A stretch of DNA of 64,000 nt from Microgenomates group bacterium Gr01-1014_7 (GTDB lineage: Bacteria > Patescibacteriota > Microgenomatia > Daviesbacterales > UBA10151). Below are positions 37,386 to 47,702 of the stretch, one piece after another. The notes beneath the pieces were generated by a model that saw only the letters and a program-made list of their open reading frames with translations, was not told the DNA's origin and searched no databases. The first letter of the stretch is position 1; each line of letters starts with the position of its first letter. Position numbers and translations under genes: made by a program. Location: NCBI GenBank assembly GCA_007376405.1, contig VMGD01000005.1:2372-66371 (forward strand). The letters are read 5' to 3'.

Positions 37386-38790
37386 AGTGATATACAAATC
37401 CTACTCCATGAAAATCTTTTGTCTCAGAAATCTTATAACCCAAACTCTTAAGTTTCCCATCAACCAATCTATCAGGATCACTAATTTCAACTAAATAATC
37501 AACTAAAAATATATCTTTTGAACTCTGAGAAATATCTTCCAGATTAATTAAATCCTTGTTACTTCCAGCAGGGAATTCTTTCAATGCCCCCAAAGCATTA
37601 ATACTATTTTTGGCATAATAATCAAAAGGAGGTAAGGTACCTGAACTTTCAAATAAGACCTGGGAATTTTTCATAGATTTTAGGTAATTCACAACTCCTC
37701 TCCAATCTTCTCTTTGATATGAGCTATTAAACAAATAAACCGAGGCTGAGAATAATTGAACTGACAAAACTGCCCCTAAAAATAAATACCTTAGTTTAGA
37801 TTGAAATGAAATAATACCCAAGGAAGTTAAAATAATAAAGGCCGGAAGAGTAAAGAGCATCCTAAAGTAACTGTATATAGGCACTGCAATTGAAATAACA
37901 GTTGCTAAAATTATGGGGATAGATATCCAGAATATAAGTAATTTTCTTTCAAAATTTTTGATAGATTTTATTCCTCCTAAGATAAGGTATGAAAATAAAA
38001 CACTAACCGGTAATAAGACTATTGCATAAATTAGTTTATCAGGATAACTTATCCTTCCAATTACAAATTTGATAAAAGTTAGCGGTACGGCTTTAAAATC
38101 AAATCCTCCTACAATAAACTTCCATACTGGTAAATGAGCTGATGCTACTGATCCAACATTTAATTGATCCAAAAAAACTGGTACCCACCAAACCCCTAGT
38201 AAAATTGCCAGACTTAATCCTGTCAGCCATCTTTTAATAATTTTCTTTTGTTTAAGAAGTAACAAAAAAATCAGTTGGGCGGGGAAAATAAGATAGGCAA
38301 CATAATCTGAGGATAATATAAGTAGATTACCAATTATTAAAATAAATAAATTTAATTTTTCTTCTTTGACTAATTTGATTAAAAGAAAAAAGTTTAAGGC
38401 AACAGCTAGAGTAGCCAGGGCATACATTCTGGCTTCTTGGCTATAATATATATGCAGAGGATTAACGGATAAAAGTAATGCAGCTATTATCCCAAGTTCT
38501 TTGGAGATTAATTTCTTGCCTATCAAGTAAATTATCCATATAGTTAAAACTCCAAAAATTACAGAGGGCATTCTGACTGCGATTTCAGAGTAACCAAAAA
38601 GTTTCCCCCAAAACCATAAAATTATAAACCAACCAGGTGGATGAAAATCGGCCCTGGCATATTGGGTTACTAAATCTACTAAAGAATAACTTTTAACAGC
38701 CAAGGTATTAATTGCTTCATCCAACCAAAGACTTTGATTTAAACTAAAAGATCGGAGTATTAATCCTAAAATTAAAATAATCCATATCAT
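37372..38790 (-). CDS. GT39/PMT-like membrane glycosyltransferase
   Basis: QSLWLDEA, DFHPPG, RMPSV, YYSQEARMY, REDWR; start moved to ATG 38790. Confidence 0.87.
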   Translation of the reverse strand: MIWIILILGLILRSFSLNQSLWLDEAINTLAVKSYSLVDLVTQYARADFHPPGWFIILWFWGKLFGYSEIAVRMPSVIFGVLTIWIIYLIGKKLISKELGIIAALLLSVNPLHIYYSQEARMYALATLAVALNFFLLIKLVKEEKLNLFILIIGNLLILSSDYVAYLIFPAQLIFLLLLKQKKIIKRWLTGLSLAILLGVWWVPVFLDQLNVGSVASAHLPVWKFIVGGFDFKAVPLTFIKFVIGRISYPDKLIYAIVLLPVSVLFSYLILGGIKSIKNFERKLLIFWISIPIILATVISIAVPIYSYFRMLFTLPAFIILTSLGIISFQSKLRYLFLGAVLSVQLFSASVYLFNSSYQREDWRGVVNYLKSMKNSQVLFESSGTLPPFDYYAKNSINALGALKEFPAGSNKDLINLEDISQSSKDIFLVDYLVEISDPDRLVDGKLKSLGYKISETKDFHGVGFVYHYVKE

Positions 38791-39542
38791 TTGTTTTGCT
38801 CCAATTCCCAAAGTTTAATCAAAACTTGCAATTGATAAACCATCATTAAAAAAGTTAGGGACAAACCTAAAAAACCATCTAAAAATCCTGCATGTCTTAT
38901 GTATCTAACTATAAATTCCCTGAAGGGGTTCCAGAAAAAACTAAACCATGAAAATCTGACGCCCGACTCATATAAATTTTGAGCTTTAATGGTTGAGTAT
39001 CTACTCTGCCTATCAATAAATTGTTCTATGCTCTGATAACCAAAGTGTATAATTGCCAAATCCTCTCTTGCAGGTAAATCTAAAACTTTTCCATCAACCC
39101 TGGGATAAAAATGAATTCTGTCTTCCCATTTAACTTTTCCTTTTTTAAAAAATCTAACATGTCTATCCGGCCACCAATTAGTATGAGCAATCCATTTACC
39201 AAAGAAAATATTTTTCCTGGGGATATTAACTGCTGCATATTTATCTTCTAAGGTTACATCTTTTAACTTTTTTGCTAAATCATCTGTAATTTGTTCATCA
39301 GGATCCAATACTAAAATCCAATCTCCATTTGCCTTGGATACGGCAAAATTTCTGATGATCTCAACATATGGCACAAATTTGTGTTGTATAAAAATTGCAT
39401 TAAATTTTTTTGCCACTTGTTGAGATTGATCTGTAGACCCCAAATCCACTACCAATATTTCATCTGCAAAATTCTGTACACTTTTTAAACAGTCCTCCAG
39501 TTTATTACTCTGATTATAATTAATTACTACTGTTGAAATCAT
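38787..39542 (-). CDS. Glycosyltransferase family 2 (WaaE/KdtX-like)
   Basis: DLGSTD, WILVLDPDE, WWPDRHVRFF, GFLDG. Confidence 0.92.
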   Translation of the reverse strand: MISTVVINYNQSNKLEDCLKSVQNFADEILVVDLGSTDQSQQVAKKFNAIFIQHKFVPYVEIIRNFAVSKANGDWILVLDPDEQITDDLAKKLKDVTLEDKYAAVNIPRKNIFFGKWIAHTNWWPDRHVRFFKKGKVKWEDRIHFYPRVDGKVLDLPAREDLAIIHFGYQSIEQFIDRQSRYSTIKAQNLYESGVRFSWFSFFWNPFREFIVRYIRHAGFLDGFLGLSLTFLMMVYQLQVLIKLWELEQNK

Positions 39543-40477
39543 AATAAACCCTCAAAGGCCTCCTCATATTGTTTAGCAATTTTTTCCCAGGAAAACTTTT
39601 TTGCCTGGTTTAAAGCTTTTTCCCCCCAATTCATATTCAGTGCTTTGTCAATCGCCTGAGCGTATTTTTGCGGATTTGATACATCAGTTAATATTCCTGC
39701 TTCTCCTATTATCTCACTTCTGTCTGAATCATCAGGGGCAACAATCCCTAAACCTGATGCCATTGCCTCAAGATAAACTATCCCAAATGCTTCCCTATCC
39801 CAAGAGGGGAGTGTGAAAAGATCGCATGACCTGTAAACCTTTGGCATTTCTTCATATGAATAGGAAGAGATTTTAAATCTATCTGGTAGTAACTTCTCTC
39901 CCTTTTTTTGTAAATCTTCTTTTAAGGGTCCCTCCCCGATTATTAAAACCGATCCTTTATTTAGTCTTGATACGGCTTCTATGACTCTTTCATGATGTTT
40001 ATACCAAACTAGAGCTCCTACAGATAAAATAATCGGCTTAGGCAGAGAAATTTTTATTGCCTCCCCAAATGGTGTAAACTTTTCTAAATCTATACCATTG
40101 GGAATTTTTACCACCCTTGATCCCCAGGCATATTTTTTTGCCCATTTTGTTAAATCATCAGTCAAAGCCACAAAAACATCAGGCTTAACCAAGATATTTA
40201 AAATATCATCCCAACCTCTTCCGCTATGACCTGTAATCAACATTTTACAACCGCCCAATAATCTTCCCACCGATATCTTTAAACTCTGCATTCTGCCATT
40301 AATTGGAATAACTACCTGTGGTTTAAAACTTAAAACCTTAGATAAAGAATCCGCATCACTGCCAGAAAATACTTTTACTTCGTGATTGTTGGATAATCTT
40401 TCCGATATTTCAAAGACAAAGGTTTCAGCACCTCTATCCATAATATTTTGATATCTGCTTAGAAAAGCTATTTTCAT
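39539..40477 (-). CDS. Glycosyltransferase family 4
   Basis: RGAETF, IPNGID, EAFGIVYLEAMASG. Confidence 0.92.
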   Translation of the reverse strand: MKIAFLSRYQNIMDRGAETFVFEISERLSNNHEVKVFSGSDADSLSKVLSFKPQVVIPINGRMQSLKISVGRLLGGCKMLITGHSGRGWDDILNILVKPDVFVALTDDLTKWAKKYAWGSRVVKIPNGIDLEKFTPFGEAIKISLPKPIILSVGALVWYKHHERVIEAVSRLNKGSVLIIGEGPLKEDLQKKGEKLLPDRFKISSYSYEEMPKVYRSCDLFTLPSWDREAFGIVYLEAMASGLGIVAPDDSDRSEIIGEAGILTDVSNPQKYAQAIDKALNMNWGEKALNQAKKFSWEKIAKQYEEAFEGLL

Positions 40478-41187
40478 TAGTCTGTGAATCTATATTTTAT
40501 TAAAGCCCATACTGCAAAAATTCCATCCAGCCAGCCAATTTTTTTACCTTCTTTATAAGTTCTGGGTTTTACTTTAATTGGAACCTCAACAATATCATAA
40601 CCTAACTTTAGAACTTTAGCAGTTATCTCAGGTTCGAATTCAAAACGGTTAGACTTAAGATTAATTTCCTTTAAAACATCACTACTTATAAGTTTGTAGC
40701 ATGTCTCCATATCAGTAAGGGACGATCCATACAATAAATTTACGAGTCCTGTTAGGCATTTGTTAGCTATCAAATGCATCGGGAGAACAGTTTTATCTAT
40801 ACCCCACAGTTTTAATGGGTAATCAATTAATCTTGTCCCATAAACCACTTTAGCTTTACTTTCTAATACTGGTTTTAATAATTTCGGATAATCATTTGGA
40901 TCATACTCCAAATCAGCATCCTGAATAATAATTAAATCTCCAAGTGCTCTACTGATACCAACTCTTACAGCAACTCCTTTACCCAAATTTCTATCTTGAT
41001 AAATATATTCAAATTTAATATTTTTTATAGATTTAAGGATTTTAGATGTCCCGTCATTAGAACAGTCATCAACAACAATTATTTCTTTCACCACACCATT
41101 TGGCAGTTTTACTCTATATACCCTTTCCAAAAGTTGCTTTATAGTTTTTTCCTCATTAAAAACTGGGATTATAACTGATAGAATCAT
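40477..41187 (-). CDS. GT2, polyprenol-phosphate glycosyltransferase (DPM1-like)
   Basis: IPVFNEE, VDDCSNDG, NLGKG, QDADLEYDP, TDMETCYK, EGKKI. Confidence 0.92.
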   Translation of the reverse strand: MILSVIIPVFNEEKTIKQLLERVYRVKLPNGVVKEIIVVDDCSNDGTSKILKSIKNIKFEYIYQDRNLGKGVAVRVGISRALGDLIIIQDADLEYDPNDYPKLLKPVLESKAKVVYGTRLIDYPLKLWGIDKTVLPMHLIANKCLTGLVNLLYGSSLTDMETCYKLISSDVLKEINLKSNRFEFEPEITAKVLKLGYDIVEVPIKVKPRTYKEGKKIGWLDGIFAVWALIKYRFTD

Positions 41188-41876
41188 GGCTTTTGAGCTA
41201 TTACTAAAATTGATGTACCAAGTGGTGGTTCAAAAAGATTTTCCAAAGGTAGATAAAAGGGTGCTATTAGATTAAATAATGCGATATTTCCTTTTTTAAC
41301 TTTATTATCTTTTAAAACATTCGAGAAAAACCACCAGCCTAATGCTCCAAGTAAATTTATTTTTCTATTTTTGATTATTTTAAAACCTGCAGCTATAAGT
41401 TTATTAATAATCTCTTCGGCCTCATAGCGTCTGTAGTGTCCAATTGATTCATCGATTTTCCCGTATAAAAATTTATGAGCCGGAACAAGTAAAATTAAAT
41501 GTCCTCCTCTTTTTAAGAATTGGCATAGATTCTTAAGCGATTTTCTATCATTTTCTATATGCTCCAATACATTGATACAAACAATGCTATCGAAATCGAA
41601 ATCTTTAAAAAAATATTTTCCCTTTTCAATATCTCCAAAACCTACATTTGCAATATTACCGACTAATTTTTTTGTTTCCTTCAGATAATCATCTCTTATG
41701 TCGATTGCCACAACTTCCCCGTACTTCGTAAGAGTCTTTGTAAAATTACCTATACCGCAACCAACTTCCAAAATTTTTCCAAAAAGATAATTATCAAACA
41801 AATCCAAAGTCCATTGGTTATACCAAGCCGCTTGACTCATGGATTCTAAAGTTGCTGCACCTGCAATATTTTTCAT
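41184..41876 (-). CDS. Class I SAM-dependent methyltransferase
   Basis: ILEVGCGIG, NVLEHI, D..IGHYRRY. Confidence 0.9.
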   Translation of the reverse strand: MKNIAGAATLESMSQAAWYNQWTLDLFDNYLFGKILEVGCGIGNFTKTLTKYGEVVAIDIRDDYLKETKKLVGNIANVGFGDIEKGKYFFKDFDFDSIVCINVLEHIENDRKSLKNLCQFLKRGGHLILLVPAHKFLYGKIDESIGHYRRYEAEEIINKLIAAGFKIIKNRKINLLGALGWWFFSNVLKDNKVKKGNIALFNLIAPFYLPLENLFEPPLGTSILVIAQKP

Positions 41877-42670
41877 TTTAATTTCCTTTTAATTTTCCTT
41901 AGAGACGATAATAATTTTGCCTTTATTAGGTCAATGCCGGATATTTTATTAAAAGGAGCTGGAACTATTTCTGGATGAGGTTTATAAAAAATTTCAGGTA
42001 ACTTATCATTTGGAAAATCTTGACCTAATTCAGATTTATATTTATCATATTTTCTTTTTACGCTGGAGCGTTTTAGGTGCGTAACATGTAAATAAGGCGC
42101 ATCTAAAAAAATAATTTTTTCTCTTTCCTGTACAGGTAAATTATTTTCGTCAAGATAACTTTCTTTGCCATATGGCCAATCAACATGCAAACCGGTTATT
42201 TTTTTATTTATTGCCCTTAGGCTGTAATGTCCAACTCTCCCTAAAAGATTATATTTACCAGCCTTTTCCTCTTGAGAGTGATAAATATCGCCAATAGATA
42301 CAACCATTGGTACAACTATCCCATCAATTTTTTCTCCCTTTTTTTTAATCTCATCTTTTAATAATGTTATAGATTTTTCCCACCATATTTCATCGCCATC
42401 TAAGACTAGTATCCAATCAGCCTGTGAAACATCTAGCATTTCCTGTCTAACCTTAGGAAATTCATTTGTATCAACTTCTCCAACTTGCTTAAGAATTATT
42501 TTATTTACCTTAAGAGCGATTATCTTTTTAATTATTTCAACTGTTTTATCTGTAGATCCAGTGTCATAAATTAAAACTTTATCTACATGATCAATAACGC
42601 TCATTACTGAAAACCAGATAAAATTTTCTTCATTATTAACAATCGTATTTACCCAAATTGTTTTCTTCAT
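41873..42670 (-). CDS. Glycosyltransferase family 2
   Basis: NEE, DTGSTDKT, WILVLDGDE. Confidence 0.88.
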   Translation of the reverse strand: MKKTIWVNTIVNNEENFIWFSVMSVIDHVDKVLIYDTGSTDKTVEIIKKIIALKVNKIILKQVGEVDTNEFPKVRQEMLDVSQADWILVLDGDEIWWEKSITLLKDEIKKKGEKIDGIVVPMVVSIGDIYHSQEEKAGKYNLLGRVGHYSLRAINKKITGLHVDWPYGKESYLDENNLPVQEREKIIFLDAPYLHVTHLKRSSVKRKYDKYKSELGQDFPNDKLPEIFYKPHPEIVPAPFNKISGIDLIKAKLLSSLRKIKRKLK

Positions 42671-42682
42671 CTTAAAAACCTT

Positions 42683-44170
42683 TCATTCTTTTTCTAGAAT
42701 ATAAGCTGTAAACCCTCTATTAACTATCTTATAAGCTTTTTGGATATCATAACCATAATCAAGAGGTGCATTAGTTTCAGAAACAATAACAGTATATTGG
42801 GCCTTTTTATCCGTAATTTCCTCAGGATACAGCCAACCTAGAACCGGATCAGTAGAACTCCTCTCGGGTCTTTTGCCATAAATGGAAAAGAGATAACGCC
42901 AACCCTCGTATTTATGACAAATACCATTTTCATAAAGCTCAAACGGTTGATCAACAATTACTCCCATTACTTTAGAAATTAATTCTTTCTTAGTCTTAAA
43001 ACTAAAATCCATGTTAGTATCCATAATAGTGTATATTCCTAGTACTGGAAATGATAGCACTATCCCTACCATTATAATCGCACCCCAGTGTTTAACGTTT
43101 TGTAACAGAATACCTGGTAAGAATAGAAATAATGGAAAAAATCCTAATAAATAATATTCAAAAGCTCCTCCGGGAAAAAGCAAAAATGGGATTATTATTA
43201 CTAAAATCGAAAGTGCCAAAAGTCTATGTAGCCTCTCCTTCCATGTCACTCTTTTTGTTAGAAACCAACCAAGAAGTACCAAAGATGCAGTTGATAATAA
43301 AACACTTGGTTTGGTTCTGGTAGATGTAGTATTATCACATGCGAAAGGTATTTCATCAGAAATTACTGAACCAGGATTTAAGTACCATAATCTGCCAAGG
43401 CTTTCGAATAAAGATTTTGAGTGTACCTGTAAGTTTATATAAAAAGGCTTTGTATTAATTATCTTGAGTAATCTGAAAGGTACGGTAATATTACTCCATT
43501 TATGGAAATAGTCAAAGGCAATTAATGGGGAAACTATCATAAGAAATACAATGAAACTGATAACAACAACTTTCTTCGACAAGGTTTTTCTATCTCTAAT
43601 CAAAAAGTAAAATCCAATCAGTCCAAAAAAAATTAATGATAGGTGTGTATGAAATACTAATCCATATGCTGCTGCAAAGAAAATCCACCATTTGTCAGAA
43701 TATCTAGTTTGATATAAGGAAAATAGCATAATTAAAGAGAGTGATGGCACTAAGGTAGGTGTTAGATATTTCCTGTCAAAGAAGACCATCAGAGGTAGCG
43801 ATGCATACAGAAGACTGGCTATTAACCCTACTTTTACACCGAATAACTTTTTACCAACAAAAAATATGAGTAGTGTAGTTAAAACGCCAATTGTGGATGC
43901 TACAAAACCAGTGATTAGAGGGTCGCCTTTTGATAAAAATAACCAAAAGGCAGTAAAGTAAACCCAGAAAGGCCCAAGATAAAAATCCAAATTAGCTGCA
44001 CTTACACCTATCCAAATTATATGAAAATCCTTCACTATCGTCATTGCCAAAGCTGTTTGGTGCTCTTCATCAGCCCCAAAAATAAATAAATCTTGTAAAT
44101 TATAAAATCTTAAAAATATTGATAGAGCTAAGATTAAAATAATAAGGATAACTAGATATTTAGAACTCAT
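42683..44170 (-). CDS. GT-C (ArnT/PMT-like) membrane glycosyltransferase
   Basis: LRFYNL..FGADEE, YLGPFW, multiple TMs; start uncertain. Confidence 0.8.
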   Translation of the reverse strand: MSSKYLVILIILILALSIFLRFYNLQDLFIFGADEEHQTALAMTIVKDFHIIWIGVSAANLDFYLGPFWVYFTAFWLFLSKGDPLITGFVASTIGVLTTLLIFFVGKKLFGVKVGLIASLLYASLPLMVFFDRKYLTPTLVPSLSLIMLFSLYQTRYSDKWWIFFAAAYGLVFHTHLSLIFFGLIGFYFLIRDRKTLSKKVVVISFIVFLMIVSPLIAFDYFHKWSNITVPFRLLKIINTKPFYINLQVHSKSLFESLGRLWYLNPGSVISDEIPFACDNTTSTRTKPSVLLSTASLVLLGWFLTKRVTWKERLHRLLALSILVIIIPFLLFPGGAFEYYLLGFFPLFLFLPGILLQNVKHWGAIIMVGIVLSFPVLGIYTIMDTNMDFSFKTKKELISKVMGVIVDQPFELYENGICHKYEGWRYLFSIYGKRPERSSTDPVLGWLYPEEITDKKAQYTVIVSETNAPLDYGYDIQKAYKIVNRGFTAYILEKE

Positions 44171-45785
44171 TGTTTGCATATTCTTTTTGCAACTCATCTA
44201 AAATTTCCTGTTCGAAAGTTAACGAGGTATTATTCAATATTGTTGCTTGAATATTTCCTATTCTTTCTCGACCATAAATCTGATCTTTAAATTTGGTACT
44301 ACTAAACGGATCTTCAGAGGTATCGTGAAAGATAACTATTCTTTTCCCTTCTCCTTGATCGGGGTTAGTGGTGTATAGACTATGAGTTCTATATATCCAA
44401 TCCCATCCTCCATTTAGATGACTTCTGCTTGGATGATGATCTTTCCTAATAAAAAAGGTTGTCCATCCTCCATCAGTCATCCTTTTACCTCCATAGCCAT
44501 AAACAGAAAAAGAGGAATTTTCTATGTAGGGAATTATTCTATAAATCAATTCCATCTTCTGGGAAACTGGATATTTAAAAGTAGAATTAAAAAGGGAAAA
44601 AAGGTTAACAAAAATAAAACCCAAAAGAAAAACCCAACTAAATATTGCAGCCCTTGTCCTTAGTACTCTATCAAGTGTAAATGCAGCAAGCAGAATAAAT
44701 GTTGGAAAAATCGTTACAAAATAATGTTGATAAACTAAATACCCAGAAGTTACGCTGTATAAAATAATTCCTAAGAGGAATGCAAATAAAAAAATAAACA
44801 ATACTTTGATGCTATCTCTTAATTGCCTCTGATCATTGGCACGAATAAGCCAAAAAAGTGCATACAAAATAAAAGCAGTTGTTAAAACTTGCGGAAGAGG
44901 TGAAAAAGGTGGATTTGGATAAAATTTACAATAACAAAAATATTGGTCAATAGAATTAGATGCTGCTATAGCTATACTTCGACTGGTATTTTCTACAATG
45001 GCAAGTGGGTGTATTGATAATAGATTCATTACATTACTTAAAGATGATTCTGATCTAGACAGTAGGTGTAATATCAATGGACGAAAAATTGTTCCAGGGT
45101 GCCTTAGTTCAAAGATTAGTAATGGAAGAATAGCAAAAGTTAAGTATATCAAAGCAGGTATGTATTCTCTTCTTAAGATAGGTAAACGTAAAAAAATAAA
45201 GGATAAAAAAATTGCAACCAGTATTACAGCATTAGTAGGATCTGCTTGCCAAGCAAAACTTGCAGGTATAGCTAACATAAGTGCGTATTTATATTTCTTT
45301 CTTGTTAACTGAATAAGAGCTGCTATCGCCAAGATTGATAGTAGAGGATCCGGTGTTAAAGGCCAAAAACGTCTGTCAAAAAGCGATATCAGAAAAGATC
45401 CTCCGTAAAGAATCCCTGCAAAAAAACCCATTAAATGTCCAAGAATCATTCGACCCACAAAATATATTGCAACTGTAGTCACTATCCCTAAAGCAGAACC
45501 AAACAGTTGTACTAAAGAAGGGTTACTATTGGTCAAATAAAAGATAGGAACAGACAGCACATGAAAAAGGGATCCAATACTGCCGCCTATTTGAGCATTA
45601 GGAATTACCAAAGCGGGTTTTCCTTCAACTACCATTCTTCTTAAAATGGCATGCAATATTTCCTCATCCCCTGAAAAATATTGCAGATTATTAAAATTGT
45701 AAAACCGCATCAAACTTGAAAGAATAACCACTAATACAAAAAGAAAAATAGTTATATATTTGTTACCTAAAGATTGCATTTTCAT
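44160..45785 (-). CDS. GT-C (ArnT/PMT-like) membrane glycosyltransferase, paralog of neighbour
   Basis: MRFYNF..FSGDEE, FDRR, multiple TMs. Confidence 0.78.
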   Translation of the reverse strand: MKMQSLGNKYITIFLFVLVVILSSLMRFYNFNNLQYFSGDEEILHAILRRMVVEGKPALVIPNAQIGGSIGSLFHVLSVPIFYLTNSNPSLVQLFGSALGIVTTVAIYFVGRMILGHLMGFFAGILYGGSFLISLFDRRFWPLTPDPLLSILAIAALIQLTRKKYKYALMLAIPASFAWQADPTNAVILVAIFLSFIFLRLPILRREYIPALIYLTFAILPLLIFELRHPGTIFRPLILHLLSRSESSLSNVMNLLSIHPLAIVENTSRSIAIAASNSIDQYFCYCKFYPNPPFSPLPQVLTTAFILYALFWLIRANDQRQLRDSIKVLFIFLFAFLLGIILYSVTSGYLVYQHYFVTIFPTFILLAAFTLDRVLRTRAAIFSWVFLLGFIFVNLFSLFNSTFKYPVSQKMELIYRIIPYIENSSFSVYGYGGKRMTDGGWTTFFIRKDHHPSRSHLNGGWDWIYRTHSLYTTNPDQGEGKRIVIFHDTSEDPFSSTKFKDQIYGRERIGNIQATILNNTSLTFEQEILDELQKEYANNEF

Positions 45786-45786
45786 C

Positions 45787-46431
45787 TTATGGTGATCCCT
45801 TTTTTAAAATAAAAATAACCTCCATACCAAAATGAGAGAAAATTTTTTTATCAAGTTTAAAGCCAGATAAGCTTAGTAATCTCTCAAGCTTATCGTGGTG
45901 AAAAGGATGTAAGTGTGCCCCTTGCCAAACCGTCCCTTTGGTATGTTCCCATATAAACCAAATAATCCTAAATAAAAAACTTCCTGAATCCATTGCTAAA
46001 ATTAATATCCCATCCTTATTTAGAACCCTTCTTAATTCTTGAAATACTGTAAGTGGGTTCTCTACATGCTCAATGGTCTCATAACAGATAATTAAATCAA
46101 AATTATTGGATGGAAATGGCAATTTATCTGCAGGTGCAACAAAAAATTTTATATCAGGATACATACTTTTAGCATATTCTATGGCCTTATCATAAACATC
46201 AACTCCAAAATACTTTCGATGAGGATAAGCTTTAGCAATTTCAGAAATCATATATCCACTAGCACAACCAACATCTAAACAATTTCTAAAATTTAAGTCT
46301 TTGAGTAATTTTTTAGCAATGTTAATTTTGTGTGTATGCCAAATCCATTGAAAAATATTATCTTTAACACCTCTCTGATAATATATTACCGGCACCTGAC
46401 TCCAGGTATTATAAAGTCTATGATTTTTCAT
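45787..46431 (-). CDS. Class I SAM-dependent methyltransferase
   Basis: LDVGCASG, LPF...FD, ETIEHV; start moved to ATG 46431. Confidence 0.9.
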   Translation of the reverse strand: MKNHRLYNTWSQVPVIYYQRGVKDNIFQWIWHTHKINIAKKLLKDLNFRNCLDVGCASGYMISEIAKAYPHRKYFGVDVYDKAIEYAKSMYPDIKFFVAPADKLPFPSNNFDLIICYETIEHVENPLTVFQELRRVLNKDGILILAMDSGSFLFRIIWFIWEHTKGTVWQGAHLHPFHHDKLERLLSLSGFKLDKKIFSHFGMEVIFILKKGSP

Positions 46432-47683
46432 ATATTTTTTTAAGAAACCAAATAAACGGATACAGAAAATTAAAAATTGTACCAATAAGTACTGTTATAG
46501 AAGCACCAACTATTCCATAATTTGAAATCAGCAAATATCCTAAACCCCCTATTATCAACAAATGCCCAATTGAAATCCAAATAAAAATATCCGGTCTGGC
46601 AAAATAAAAAATAACGCTAATATGTACCGGGACAGAGAATAAAAATACCAGCATGGCGAGAAATAAAAATATAAAAGGTATGACAGCTCCTTGATACCCT
46701 TGCCCGTAAATTATAGGAATGAGATATACCAAAAGAGGAATTGATAAAATCCCCAGTAAACATAAACCCGAAATTAACAACTGAAACTTTTTAAAATATG
46801 TCAGCATCTGATTTAAACTTTGAAAGCCGGCGAACTTTGGCGCAGCCACCAGTCCCAAAGCCGCAACCAGCTGAGGTACAACTTGCGCCAGTTGACTGGC
46901 AGCTCCATAAATGCCCACCTCTCTTGAAGAAAGCAAAGCAGCATTCAAAAAAGTATCCAGTCTGGCCGAGAAAGCGGAAATTATAGTGAATATAGCAACC
47001 GGAATATTATATTGTAAAAGAACTTTCGATAAACTAAATTCATTTCTGCTGGCAAATATTTTTCTGGCCGGAACAATTAACAAAGTTATTGCGAATCCGA
47101 ATAAGGGCAGTATTATATAAACAGCCAGGCTGCTTTCAACATTAAGCGCCAGGAAGTATCCTAAGACCAATATTAAAACCAGTCTTAAGAGGTTGGTTAA
47201 AACATTTACCACACTCCAGAGAAAATATTTTTGATATGCTTGAAGCATTGAGGTAGCAAAGGTAAAAAGAAGTGCCGCTCCTGCTCCAAATGCCACCAGG
47301 CGCAAAGGTAAAATAAGCTCCTCCTTATGAAAAACCTGGGTTGCCAGGAGAGGTGAAAGATAGAAAATTACAAAAAAAGATATCAGCCATGCTATCAATT
47401 TAATTTCCAAACTCAACTTCAAAAATCTGTAAGCTTTTTCGCTGTCTACTGCCAAATTGAGAGAAACAAAACGGACTAAACCCGTATTGGTTCCAATATC
47501 CGCTATATCCGCAATCAGCACAAGGCTAGCAAGGGAAACAGTCAATAACCCAAAATCCGAAGGACCCAAAAACCTTGCCAATACTATATAAAATAAAAAC
47601 CCCAATGCGCCATTTATAACTGTTCCCAAAATGGTAATTTGTGACTGCCTGAATGTGGCTGTTTTTAGTATAGATTTCCACAT
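46418..47683 (-). CDS. Wzx-like oligosaccharide flippase (MOP family)
   Basis: ARFLGPSDFG, D.GTNTGLVRF, RLDTF, EVGIYGAA, YGIVGAS; ~12 TMs. Confidence 0.9.
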   Translation of the reverse strand: MWKSILKTATFRQSQITILGTVINGALGFLFYIVLARFLGPSDFGLLTVSLASLVLIADIADIGTNTGLVRFVSLNLAVDSEKAYRFLKLSLEIKLIAWLISFFVIFYLSPLLATQVFHKEELILPLRLVAFGAGAALLFTFATSMLQAYQKYFLWSVVNVLTNLLRLVLILVLGYFLALNVESSLAVYIILPLFGFAITLLIVPARKIFASRNEFSLSKVLLQYNIPVAIFTIISAFSARLDTFLNAALLSSREVGIYGAASQLAQVVPQLVAALGLVAAPKFAGFQSLNQMLTYFKKFQLLISGLCLLGILSIPLLVYLIPIIYGQGYQGAVIPFIFLFLAMLVFLFSVPVHISVIFYFARPDIFIWISIGHLLIIGGLGYLLISNYGIVGASITVLIGTIFNFLYPFIWFLKKIYEKS

Positions 47684-47702
47684 ATAGCCATTATAGAAGA
47701 AA

